NCBI GenBank assembly: GCA_023515725.1
Contig: JALDTO010000224.1
Location: 1-34,403 of the forward strand
Reading direction: 5' to 3'
Source of the DNA: Amoeboaphelidium protococcarum X5
Taxonomy: Eukaryota; Fungi; Aphelidiomycota
DNA length: 34,403 nt
A program made the translations under genes and the position numbers. The notes under the pieces are model-generated. The model did not search any database and was not told the DNA's origin. It worked only from the letters and a program-made list of their open reading frames with translations. Below, piece by piece: positions 1 through 12,851 of the stretch; positions within the stretch are counted from its first letter, which is position 1; each line of letters begins with the position of its first letter.

Positions 1-1104
1 CATGTGCGGAAAGAGATTGCCAACCTGGTGGCTGATGGTAAGCATGAGAGTGCCAGGATCAAGGTGGAGTCTGTGATTAGAGAAGATTATCTGATTGAAG
101 CATTTGAAGTTTTGTCTTTACTGTGTGAGATTTTAATTGCCAGGTTCGGTCTGATCGACAATCCCACTAATAATAATAACAAACTGGGCAGATCCAAGTC
201 ATCCATGGTGGTTGTAGATGAGGGAATCCAAGAGTCTGTGTAGTCGCTGATATACGCGGCGCCTAGATGTTCCGCTGATCTCAAGGAACTGGTTACAATT
301 GCTCAGTACTTGAAATCTAAATTTGGTAGGGAGTACTATGAGGCTGCGGGGTAGAATCGACTCGGCCAGGTGAATCCCCGTGTGGTCAGTCGCCTTAGTG
401 TTCAACGTCCGTCTGAAGAACTGGTCACAGCGTATGTTAGAGAGATTTGTAAGACTTTTCATGTGGACTTTGATGAAGAAAGACATTTGAAGTTGACATC
501 TTCATATGGAGCGATCGGTGCTGGTAGTAAGAATAATATTCCCCTATTCCTAGGTGGTAATGGTTAACAGTAGTAGGATCTTATGCGTCCTGCTCAGCCT
601 CCAGACTATTCATCTCCTACTCATGATTAGTAATAATCTGGTTATACTCAGGATTCTTAATAGTAGTAAACTGGATAATAATAGTAGTATTAATTGCAGC
701 AATAAGGTGCATAGAGACCAAGCACTGTAATATCTCCGTAGGATTAACCTTCAGCTCCAGTAATGCCAAACTAGTAATAGTAATAATCATAAGGTCCGAC
801 TATCCCATAGTTGCCAGATTCCGATAATGAATAGTAGTCGTAATTTCCTCAAGATCAGTTTGGATTTAATGACAGGAAGGATGGTCTTATGAATGGAACG
901 TAGTAGTAGTAGCAGTAATTTTAGTAGAATCAGTAGTAGTAATAGCAGCGAGATAATAATAATAATAATTGTGACGTGGACAATCTACCAAGTGTCCCTC
1001 TACCTCCTCCACCAACTGAAAAGGAGAAATCGCCCAAAGAGAGTGAGGATCCAGATTTTGATGAACTGGCCAGGAGATTTGAAGAACTCAAGAAGCGTAA
1101 ATGA
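1..1104 (+). CDS. IST1: IST1 (ESCRT-III-like regulator of Vps4), 5'-partial
   Basis: Frame 1 is open to TGA 1102-1104 when TAA/TAG=Gln. N-domain ...ARIKVESVIREDYLIEAFEVLSLLCEILIARFGLI...YAAPRCSADLKEL, then a Q/P-rich linker, MIM2-like NLPSVP and C-terminal MIM1 DFDELARRFEELKKRK. Confidence 0.93.
901..968 (+). repeat. Coding trinucleotide repeats: (TAG/CAG/TAA)n poly-Gln followed by (AAT)n poly-Asn in IST1
   Basis: TAGTAGTAGTAGCAGTAA...TAGTAGTAATAGCAG is in the IST1 frame. Similar tracts occur at 1503, 2536, 2806, about 18381 (-) and about 22875 (-). Confidence 0.8.
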
Positions 1105-1376
1105 TCTCATTTTATTAAACTTTGATTCTATAAAAGTATATATCATGAAATGTATATTTGAATGTTAAGGTTTATACAGTACATTTTCCCCTTGTACAGT
1201 AGGCCCAGTGTAGAGGTTGATCATCCATACACAGAGCGGAACGTCTTTTGTTTTTGATCGACAAGAACACCCGTTTATGCTTTCTTCTCCAACTTTAACT
1301 CACTGGAGGTTTTTTACAATATTAAACTTATCATTTATAAAGTATAAGTATAACTTAAATAATTTGGAAATATTTT

Positions 1377-3284
1377 ATGGAGTAATTTTGGGAGTTGAAG
1401 TTTGGTGAACTTCTTGAATAGGGACAGCAGTGTATTGATTAGTGTCTAAATGTTCTTCAATCAAGGGAGTCGTCATAGAGGTACGGAGTGGAGTAATAGT
1501 TTTAGTAGTAGTAGAAGTAGTTAGAGAAAGTGAGTGAAGAGAACTTTGTGATATTATCGCATGATGAGGCTATACGTGGATTTATTACATTTATGGGTGA
1601 TACGATAACTGGTGGTGGATTAACCATTAAGCTGGATCACCACTCACTGCATGGTCATCATCATCACATTGGTACATCCAAGCCTAAAGTTATATAGTTG
1701 ACGTTCGCTCCTCTTAACAACAACAGTAGTAGTCGATAAGCTTCATCTAATGGTAGTGTTGATGACGCTGATGCTACTATTAACTATTATAACAATAAGC
1801 AGTCATCGAGTCTGGATAATCTCAATTAGAATAGAGGATGGTAAGTTGATTAGATATCTGATTGCATTTCTCTACTTCAACTTTTAGAACGAAAGCTCAA
1901 GTATTAAAACTCTTCTTATATTCAATGTTAGTAGTCTACGAAAGGTGCCACTTGGAATATATAATAGAGAATGTAAATGCTTGAAGAATTGCTGGATCTT
2001 ACAACTATAATATTGTAGACGGCACAGAGTGGTAAAGAGTATGTTGTAAAGACGCATGGTTTGCGGTATAGTAGTGCCAAATAGTTTTATTCTAGAGTGT
2101 TTTAGAATAGCGAATCTCTTCCACTAAAGTCTATGATTATAGATTTTTATATTGATGATGGTAGATTGATGCTTAGTGTTAAACATATCGAAGCTGTGTA
2201 GAATTCTCATCCACCATCATAATATTCTGTGTCATATCGAAAGTAAAGACAGTCTTCAATTACAGAGAGTGGTATTGGCGGTAGTAGTTCATCGTTGTCG
2301 TCTTAGTTTTAGGATGCGTTACAGTTACGCGGTAGTTCTAGTCATTCTAATCTGTCTTCATATGGAGAATCTACTGCTATGCATAAATAGGATCATTAAG
2401 ACAGAAATGGTCATCAAGTACCGTAAAAGTAGCAGTAGTAAGTGTCTGCGAAGAATGGACACTCTTCTCACCACTTGAATCCATTAGATAGCCTCAGATC
2501 AGCTCTATAACACCATAATTAACCTTCTTAGACGTAATAATAATAGTAGTAGAAATCTAGTAATAAGACTGATGGAAGTAATCTTGAAAAGGCCAAGAGT
2601 TAATCGTAGCCCAAGTCTTTCTTTGCCAGGCTGTCTAGTAATTATCTTGGTGTACCGTAACCTTAACATCATTAGAATTCTATTGCTATTCATGGTGGCA
2701 GATAGCAATCGTCTGGTGGCTCTCACGTAAAACAATCCTCAGATGAAGGGAAGAGATCTGCGTCCGCTATTCCTTTTGGGTCTCATCAACTTAATCATCA
2801 TCAGTAGTAGTAGTAGTAGTTGAATAAGACCCCGAGTGGTAACAATCTTAAATTGGGTGGTGGTGGTGGTACCAGTACTCCAATTGATCTTGCATCCGTT
2901 ACAAATGGTCAAAATAAATCTCAAACTTCATCATAAACTCATCTGGCACCGAATATTGAACCAGCTGCTGCGGTTAAAAGAGAACGCGGAAGTTCGTCGT
3001 CTACCAAGTCTGCGCTGGTTCAAATGTTTGCTCCATTTCAGCATATTATTGCGCCAGTCAAGTAGCCTCGTTAAATATTCAATTACGACGGATAGAAAGT
3101 GCAGTTGCTGCATGAGGACACGGTGGAATGTAAGTGCTCTGAGGAAAAGAGCAATTATCAATGTGTAATTGAGTGCATTGAAGACTTGCAGATGTCCTAT
3201 CGAGATTTGTTGAAATCTCTTGTACAATATCATAAAATGCAACAACATATCCAATTGAATCATTCATAGAAGGAAAGTCTATGA
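1377..3284 (+). CDS. Rogdi/Rav2-like protein (RAVE/rabconnectin-3 subunit) with long low-complexity insert, ~635 aa
   Basis: Continuous frame from ATG 1377 to TGA 3282-3284 (TAR=Gln). Segments resemble Rogdi: ENFVILSHDEAIRGFITFMGDTITGGGLTIK, WQVDQISDC, LPLKSMIIDFYIDDGRLMLSVKHI and C-terminal FNYDGQKVQLLHEDTVEC. Family assigned from recalled motifs. Confidence 0.72.
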
Positions 3285-3386
3285 CTGTATATGGAATCAA
3301 TAAGAAATTATTTCTTATTTCAAACATGCTAATACATTCTTTCATTTAAGAGTCAATCAATCATCTTCATATACAACAGCAATTTC

Positions 3387-6273
<2,887 letters not shown>

Positions 6274-6491
6274 AATGAGCTAGCTTCAATGCCTTTATAA
6301 GTTTAACTTTATAATTTTTACAATATACTTGCAATAACAGATAAGCTAGTACTAAAGCGCAAGGTAAAAAGAGAGAAAGTTGAAACGCGCCCGCGACTTT
6401 TCCATTTTCTGAAACGAGAAATGAAACGAAAGTCTCCAAGAGCAGTTTCAAGCGCGTAAGTGCACAGTTTTACAGTTATTTGTCATATAGG

Positions 6492-7291
6492 TCATCTCTA
6501 CTCATTGTTTTAGCGTCTGGAATAAAGAATCATGAGAGCGAATATAGCTAGATCAATAGACAGCTAGATGACACCACACGCCAAAAATTATACTGGTGCA
6601 CTAACCTGAAAAAAGTAGACAGTCTTGAATAGATCACCGCCAAACCACATCAATATAGTCTCAATCCTACAAAAAGACAATAAACGCGTATATTATCATG
6701 AAGTTATGATTGTAAACTCAATTACCTTAATCCGCTGGAAGATTTGGTTGAAATAATGTTAATCACTTGCGGAAGTGCAAGAAGAGATTCAAGAATCAAC
6801 GACACTAATCCGACAGATTCAATGTAAAATGCGGATCGACCGAATAATAGTTACAGCATTAGCATGATTATAACAAACTATAGCAGAAACACCAAATATT
6901 TCCCAAAGTCTTTCCATCGCCAAAACTACCGCATTAACTTATGAATGAACAAGTTGGAGAAGGCAGTTTCATGCTCGAATCTCTTCACTTTAGTGGGGGA
7001 ACTGGGATCAAGAGTCTGCATTTCAAGTACTTCCGCGCGATGAGCATACTTAACACAGGCCTATTACAATACTAGTTGAGCCAGAATCATAACAACTGAT
7101 TGCCATAGCAGAGTCAACTCAAATCTCTTTCCAATCCAAAAGAACACACGTAATATATTGGCAATTAGAAGCAAGGCAACGGTATAAGTTGAGAATCCAG
7201 CAGAACTCTGAGTCTTTGTTATCTATCTATACTGAGGAATATATGGTGCGACAGGTCCAAAGACCATTGCTATTGAGAACAAATTAAACAT
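6492..7291 (-). CDS. PQ-loop membrane protein, PQLC1/SLC66A2/Any1-like, ~246 aa; intron 6725-6667
   Basis: PYIPQY...SSAGFST...ANILRVFFWIGKRFELTLLWQS, second loop LALPQV...GL, and MWFGGDLFKTVYF...PVQFLACGVIQ. Frame-restoring GTAATT...TAG intron. TGA stop. Confidence 0.88.
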
Positions 7292-7332
7292 ATTGTAACT
7301 CGATTAGTTACTAGTAAACAAATTTGCTTTCA

Positions 7333-7541
7333 ATGAACGCGATACTTAAGCAAAAGAAGAGGTCGCGTTGTGATAAACTGATGGTAAAAGCATCGCGTAA
7401 GAACGCATAATGTTTCTATTTTACCTCATCATACTGTATACTAATTTTGATATTCTTTTTTCAGTCTTGATATATAACAACCACTGGAAGAGTGAAAAAG
7501 TTCTCAATGTTAGTAAACATTTACTACGGTATAGAAGATGA
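7333..7541 (+). CDS. Possible 46-aa spliced microprotein (or spliced non-coding transcript); intron 7397-7464
   Basis: GTAAGA donor, ACTAAT branch-like site, T-tract and CAG acceptor (68 nt). Splicing gives MNAILKQKKRSRCDKLMVKASLLIYNNHWKSEKVLNVSKHLLRYRR-TGA. No recognised homology. Confidence 0.25.
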
Positions 7542-8239
7542 TAAAGTGAAATGACGCGTATATATGTGAACAGACATGATTAACACAAATTATTAGAGAC
7601 TCAGATTAAATATAAAATTATCTTCATTATATTAAAATTACAGATAATGTAGGTAAGAATTTAATCATCACAGCCAAAAATTCCTCAATCAAAGGAGGAC
7701 TGATATATAAAAGTTATCATCAACCAGCATCAATTGTAAGATTACGTGATGATAACACTGAAAGTGATATAATGTACTGACGTAACGGGACTGTAAACTC
7801 ATAGACAATTGAGTAGACAGTACTAAGACATCAGAAATTTATTCTCCCTGGCATATACAACGACAACAACACTGATAATTGTTAGAAGGTGCCGCCATAA
7901 TATCCAGGTGTCAAATTTCTAATGAAAGAAGAGAAAACGCGTCCCTTTATAAGAGTTTTATAGCGAGTCACATCTGAGCCTCTGGTATTTAGGACTTTAG
8001 AATTATGTAATATTGTATCTGTTATGAGATTTTCATAAAGGTAAAAGTAAAATAAATTGGCTGAAGTCTGTGTCATAGAAAATAACATAACTGATATCCC
8101 TTTGCATTGAGAGAGAGAGAACCACTCAAGCCTTGCAGCAGAAAGCCCCAATAAACAGTTTCGCGTCTCTGTTCTTGAAGAAACGCTTTATCGTCGCAAC
8201 GTCTCTCAATCTCAATCTCTCAGCAAAACAGGAAGAACA

Positions 8240-9442
8240 ATGCAGAAATTAGAAGTTATGATGGAAAGAAAGGCTATTGTTATTGGCTGTGGAGTCATCG
8301 GTTTATCAACCGCCTGTTTATTACAGCACAGAGGCTATCAGGTATGTTGTCAATGATCCTTTCTTATTATTAATGGTTGTAACTCCTCACTTCTCACAAG
8401 ATCTGTAGGTTACCATAATCTCATAGGCTACTCCAGATTATATTAATAGATGGTATGCATCGGTGGAGGCTGGTGCACATTGGCATTCCATCGCTAAACA
8501 GAATGACTACCGGCTGTAACAGTTTGAGCGTGTCACGTATAAAACGCTGAGGATAATGTCTACGATCCCTAATTCTGGTGTTATGCGGCTGAATAATCAG
8601 ATTGTATACAAGACTTAATATTAAGATTGGACCGATCCATGGTTCAGAACTTTTGTTGAGAATGTAAGTTATAGTTTTGTGCTGATAAATGATCTGATGA
8701 TGATTTGTATTTTCTTAGTATTGTGTAGTTTGAGTACTTAACATCTGATAAACTACCTGATGGTTGTGCATTTGGTTATTCTTATGACACTTTTACTGTG
8801 AATCCGCTCAAGTATCTGAAATTTTTGCAGTAATAGTTTATCAGCTAAGGTGGAATTATTTTGATTAGACATGTGGATAATATCTTGGACGTTTGTGCTG
8901 ATTTCGCGGGTGTTTCGGCTATATTCAACTGCACTGGTCTAGGTGCTGCAACACTTGGTGGTGTAATGGATGCAGATGTGTATCCGGCCAGGGGGTAGAC
9001 TGTACTTGTGAAGGGATAGTTCAAGCACACCATGACTAGAGATAAAGATTTGGATCAGAATGGAATTGCGTATCTTATCCCACGCGAGGATGGAACTTGC
9101 CTGTTAGGCGGCACGTTTGAGCCTTACAACTATAACACGTCTCCTGATTAAAAATGCGCCTTAATTATTGTCGATAGATGTCGCAAGTTGTGCAATGAAT
9201 TACCAAATGATTTGTTCATCCTCCGTCATTCTGTTGGTCTTCGCCCTTGTCGAGTGAATGGAATCAGGTGTGAGGTTGAAGTCTTGGAACATTAATCATC
9301 AAGATTTGCAATTGTTCATAATTATGGGCATGGTGGCTATGGATATCAGTCAAGTTGGGGGTCATGCGCATATTCTATTGACTTATTAGAAGAGTATTTG
9401 AATTTACAAAGTGACGATAATTGTACAAATGCAAAGCTTTGA
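8240..9442 (+). CDS. DAO: D-amino-acid oxidase family flavoenzyme with PTS1, ~356 aa; introns 8342-8408 and 8664-8728
   Basis: FAD motif VIGCGVIGLSTA, ASVEAGAHW, FNCTGLGA, YPARGQ, YLIPR, GLRPCR, VHNYGHGGYGYQSSWG. C-terminal -AKL (peroxisomal PTS1) lies directly before TGA. Confidence 0.93.
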
Positions 9443-9524
9443 ATTGTTAAAAAATGGTTTTGTTTTCCCTCTTTTACCCTTTTGCTTCAATTCAGTTTTA
9501 GTCCAATCTAGAATCCTTGTAGAT

Positions 9525-10637
9525 ATGGTGAGCAAACAGAAAAAGAGAGCAATACGGTTAAATAAAATAGTTAAGGATGATAAATTGATAGCGCTATGGA
9601 TGTCAATACGGTACTTGGACTCACTGCGAGATTTGACATATTTCGGACTCGCGTGTCAGTAGACACTATTAATGTCGAACGACGGCTGGATATGGAAACT
9701 GATGATCCTCAAGAATTACGACAATAAATTGACGGATACTAAGAGGAGGTATATCGCTGATTTCCCGCGTATATATACTCAGGATATCATGGAAAAGTAT
9801 ACGCGTCTTGCTGTTAAGGACTCTTAGCAGTTGATGTAGCTTGATCAGTGGAAGTTTCATTGTAAATCACTGGAGATGCAGCGAAGAACTCATGTGAGTG
9901 GTAATAGGATGGATAAGAATTTTTTGACTAAATGCTCTTAATTGTAATAATAGTCTCATGACGCGAATGACGCACCTGATAAAGCAAAAGCTACGTGTTA
10001 GGGGTGTCATAGATCTCCCAAAACTTGTCTCTGCCCGTTCTATCCCGAAAGTCTCATTGACAACGAACGCGTCTAATTGGTGGTATTAGTATATTTCCAA
10101 TGTCCAACTAAAATGGGCACAGTTCACATTCTACAAAAGACATTCAAACATTGTGCAGTGTTTGTTGGCTATGACTTTTCATAAGGGAATCATCCGGCTT
10201 TAGATGCTCTGCTCGGTGATAAAGATCGTTAGAAATTTCTATTGTTTCCATCTAAACAATCTGTGGCGGCTGATACTATTCCACTTGATTTAAGCAGCGA
10301 CAAGTTGACTCTAATTATAATTGATGGTACTTGGGCACAGGCAAAGAAGATATTTCATTCCAACTCTTGGTTGCATTAGTATCCGCAGATTAAAGTTGAT
10401 AATGTGCCAGAATCTGCTTATGGAACGTTCAAAAAGGAGCCACAAGAAGGCTTTCTGTCTACATGTGAAGCCGCTGCTGCTGCTATACAATAAATCGGCT
10501 CAACTCTGAATGATGACCATTTACAGAGCGTCGATCTTCTATCCATCGTACAACGTCCAATGTTGGCAATGATTGAAAAGCAACGGGAACTTGAGATTGA
10601 TCGTCGCTTACATTTTCGCAATAATCTTTAACGATGA
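9525..10637 (+). CDS. DTW-domain (DTWD2/TapT-like tRNA acp3U transferase family) protein with N-terminal F-box-like segment; possible 60-nt in-frame intron 9894-9953
   Basis: CQGCHRSPKTCLC zinc motif, LLFP, LIIIDGTWAQAKKI, KEPQEGFLSTCEAAA. N-terminal IRYLDSLRDLTYFGLACQ...NDGWIWK is F-box-like. Single frame to TGA. Confidence 0.85.
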
Positions 10638-10892
10638 ATATTCATTAAGCTCAATATTTCGTTATTATAATTAGTGTCAAAGTGCTTTAGATTTACTTTT
10701 TTGGTGCAATATACTTTTTCAGTTGTTACAAGATCAGTGATACTAAAGTGAATAATGATCGCTTTACAATAAGCGAACCTTAGCCGTTCTTCGCCCGCGC
10801 AGTTTTCATCCACTTTCTCGCGTCACTCACTCCCTTGCGTTCATTGAGAGCTTATAAAGTAAGGGAGTAAAACTCAATCTAAAGATATAAGG

Positions 10893-12006
10893 ATGAAGAT
10901 TGCCATTTCGGATTAGGTGGTTCTGTCTACACTTCATTTCCATGATAGGCGAAAAGCAGCTTAGGAGTTTGTGGTTGGTGCTCTCTTTGGCCGATCGGTA
11001 TAGCTGGCTCTAGGAGAGGAGATTGTGGTGATCCAGAACGTGATGCCAGTGTAGATGAAGAAAGATGCTGCTGGTAAACCGCTGGTGGATACTGATTATT
11101 TTCAAAAGATTTATGAGATTTACAAGCGATTTGATGTCGAGGAAGGTAATAAATTGGTAGGCTGGTACTCAACGATGGGGTCGTCTCTCAATGAAAAGTA
11201 GTAGTCTGATTTTAAGCAATTTCATCAAGTTTTCAGGCAGGCGATGGACCAGCTCTATGGATTGGAGAAGGATGAAGATATCCTGTACCTAAACTTTGAT
11301 TGCACATAGAAGGATTTATCGATTAATGCTTATCAATTACCTCAAACTGAGTTGGCAGATTCCTTGGATAAGTACAAGACTGACGCGCCTGCCATGGTTG
11401 ATTAAGCTGTAATCTAGGCTTGCGCGCCCAGATTTGTCGAAGTTTGTGATTAGTCTGTTGTAAAGTCTCCTTCTGAGTTGAAATAGCAGCTGGAGTCTAT
11501 AAAGTCCGTTATGGATCTTCTTAAGGTAAGATGTTATTTTGAGGGAGATTGCCGCGATATGATTGTCTCTTTGGTGACTCAACTTACCGCGCCATATTTA
11601 TAATTTCAGTGGGTATTGCGTAAAGTTTGAGTCTACATTAATGCTGCTTTCATCTAATCCGTTCATGGCTCTTTGGTACATGGATGGTTTGCCGAAGCAT
11701 ATATATATATACTCTCATTGTTACTTTGTCTGATAATGTGGGACATTACATCATTGCAATCTCCCTCTTTAGTATTAATACTGATAATTTATAACGTAAA
11801 TTTATATAGTGTAGGATGTGACTGATTTCAATACTCTTGGTGGCGACTTAAAATTATAGATGAAGAAGCTGTGTGGTCTTGAAGACAGTGACGATATACC
11901 TGAAAACTTTGGTGATCTCATTGCATCCAACCTCGTAATGGAGATGACTAGACTTTAGTTGTAATTGAACAAGGCGATTTATGCTAGTAAACGCGTTGAA
12001 ATTTGA
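10893..12006 (+). CDS. MPN-minus domain protein, eIF3 subunit F-like, ~274 aa; 289-nt intron 11526-11814
   Basis: VVLSTLHFHDRR...VVGALFG...DYFQKIYEIYKR...LVGWYST MPN core. C-terminal exon GDLIASNLVMEMTRLQLQLN matches the eIF3f/Rpn8-type tail. GTAAGA donor and TAG acceptor are in phase. Confidence 0.8.
11541..11767 (+). ncRNA. Intron-hosted structured RNA, candidate H/ACA snoRNA or scaRNA
   Basis: Perfect 12-bp closing inverted repeat GAGGGAGATTGC (11541-11552) / GCAATCTCCCTC (11756-11767), internal hairpins at 11576-11633, 11641-11700 and 11716-11738, and an H-box-like ACATTA (11635-11640) between hairpins 1 and 2. Confidence 0.55.
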
Positions 12007-12045
12007 ACATGTATACTTTCTTCATAATGTATTATCACCTTATTA

Positions 12046-12693
12046 TCAATTCTTAATAGAAAACATTGTTGGCAGCATTCTCTTGCTTACGGAGTGTTTC
12101 CTATTAGATCTCAACACATTCACTTTAGATAACATTGCTAGTCTTGACGATTATCCAGCAGACTGAGACGGACCGTCAATCTCACTCACTTTAACAAACT
12201 ATCTACTACCATCAGAAGTTTCCTTCTTGCGCGCAATTCTCTTCTTAGTACGAGGTTTCTTATGATCATTGACGTCATTATGCACATCGCTGGATACATT
12301 TTTACTAGACTGGAATAATGATTCAACCAAATCATTATCAAGAGGTAAGATCTCGGAATCTAGATGATCTACAGCCTTCTTCTCCGTCGCTGCTTACTGT
12401 TCCTCTGATTATTATACCTGCTTAGTAGCTTCTTAATTCAGCCGCTTTCGTCGCTTTTTCTAACTCTTTGTTAGCACCTTCGCATTGATATTATTACCAG
12501 AGGACACTTTTTACAATTCTACATCAGAAGACGCGTTTTTCTTGATTGAGGACTCTTCAACAGGCGCGTCGCTGTCATCACTGTCATAGCTGGTATCTAT
12601 CACATCTGCAATCTGTTGTTATGCCCCCATATCCATCACATCATCCGCAATGTTTAATTCATCATCGCTATCAAACTTGGTCAACTTTCCCAT
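12046..12693 (-). CDS. Acidic/basic low-complexity protein, possibly Bud21(Utp16)/NOL7-like U3 snoRNP-associated, 215 aa
   Basis: Open frame from ATG 12693 to TGA 12048-12046. SDDSDAPVEES motif, KKRRKR NLS-like run and basic C-terminus. The ORF is solid but the family call is weak. Confidence 0.6.
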
Positions 12694-12851
12694 CTCTTAC
12701 TTTTTAGCTATGTAATTTTTATAGTTTTCTCTCACAATGAAATGAGTGAGAATCGATCAAATGACGCGTTAAATTCAGTTTTCCTTCGGGGGGATCTGCA
12801 ACAGACTTTACACTGTCAAAACAATACAGTAATAAGACACGGAGCGATATA

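Noticed and set aside
901-2870. TAG/AAT/GGT tandem runs as CRISPR or non-coding satellites
   Set aside because: There is no repeat-spacer structure. They are in-frame homopeptide tracts.
11576-11750. Identification of the intronic RNA as U17/snR30 or a TPP riboswitch
   Set aside because: The U17 m1/m2 motifs (AUAUUCCUA, AAACCAU) and the TPP core (CUGAGA) are not seen.
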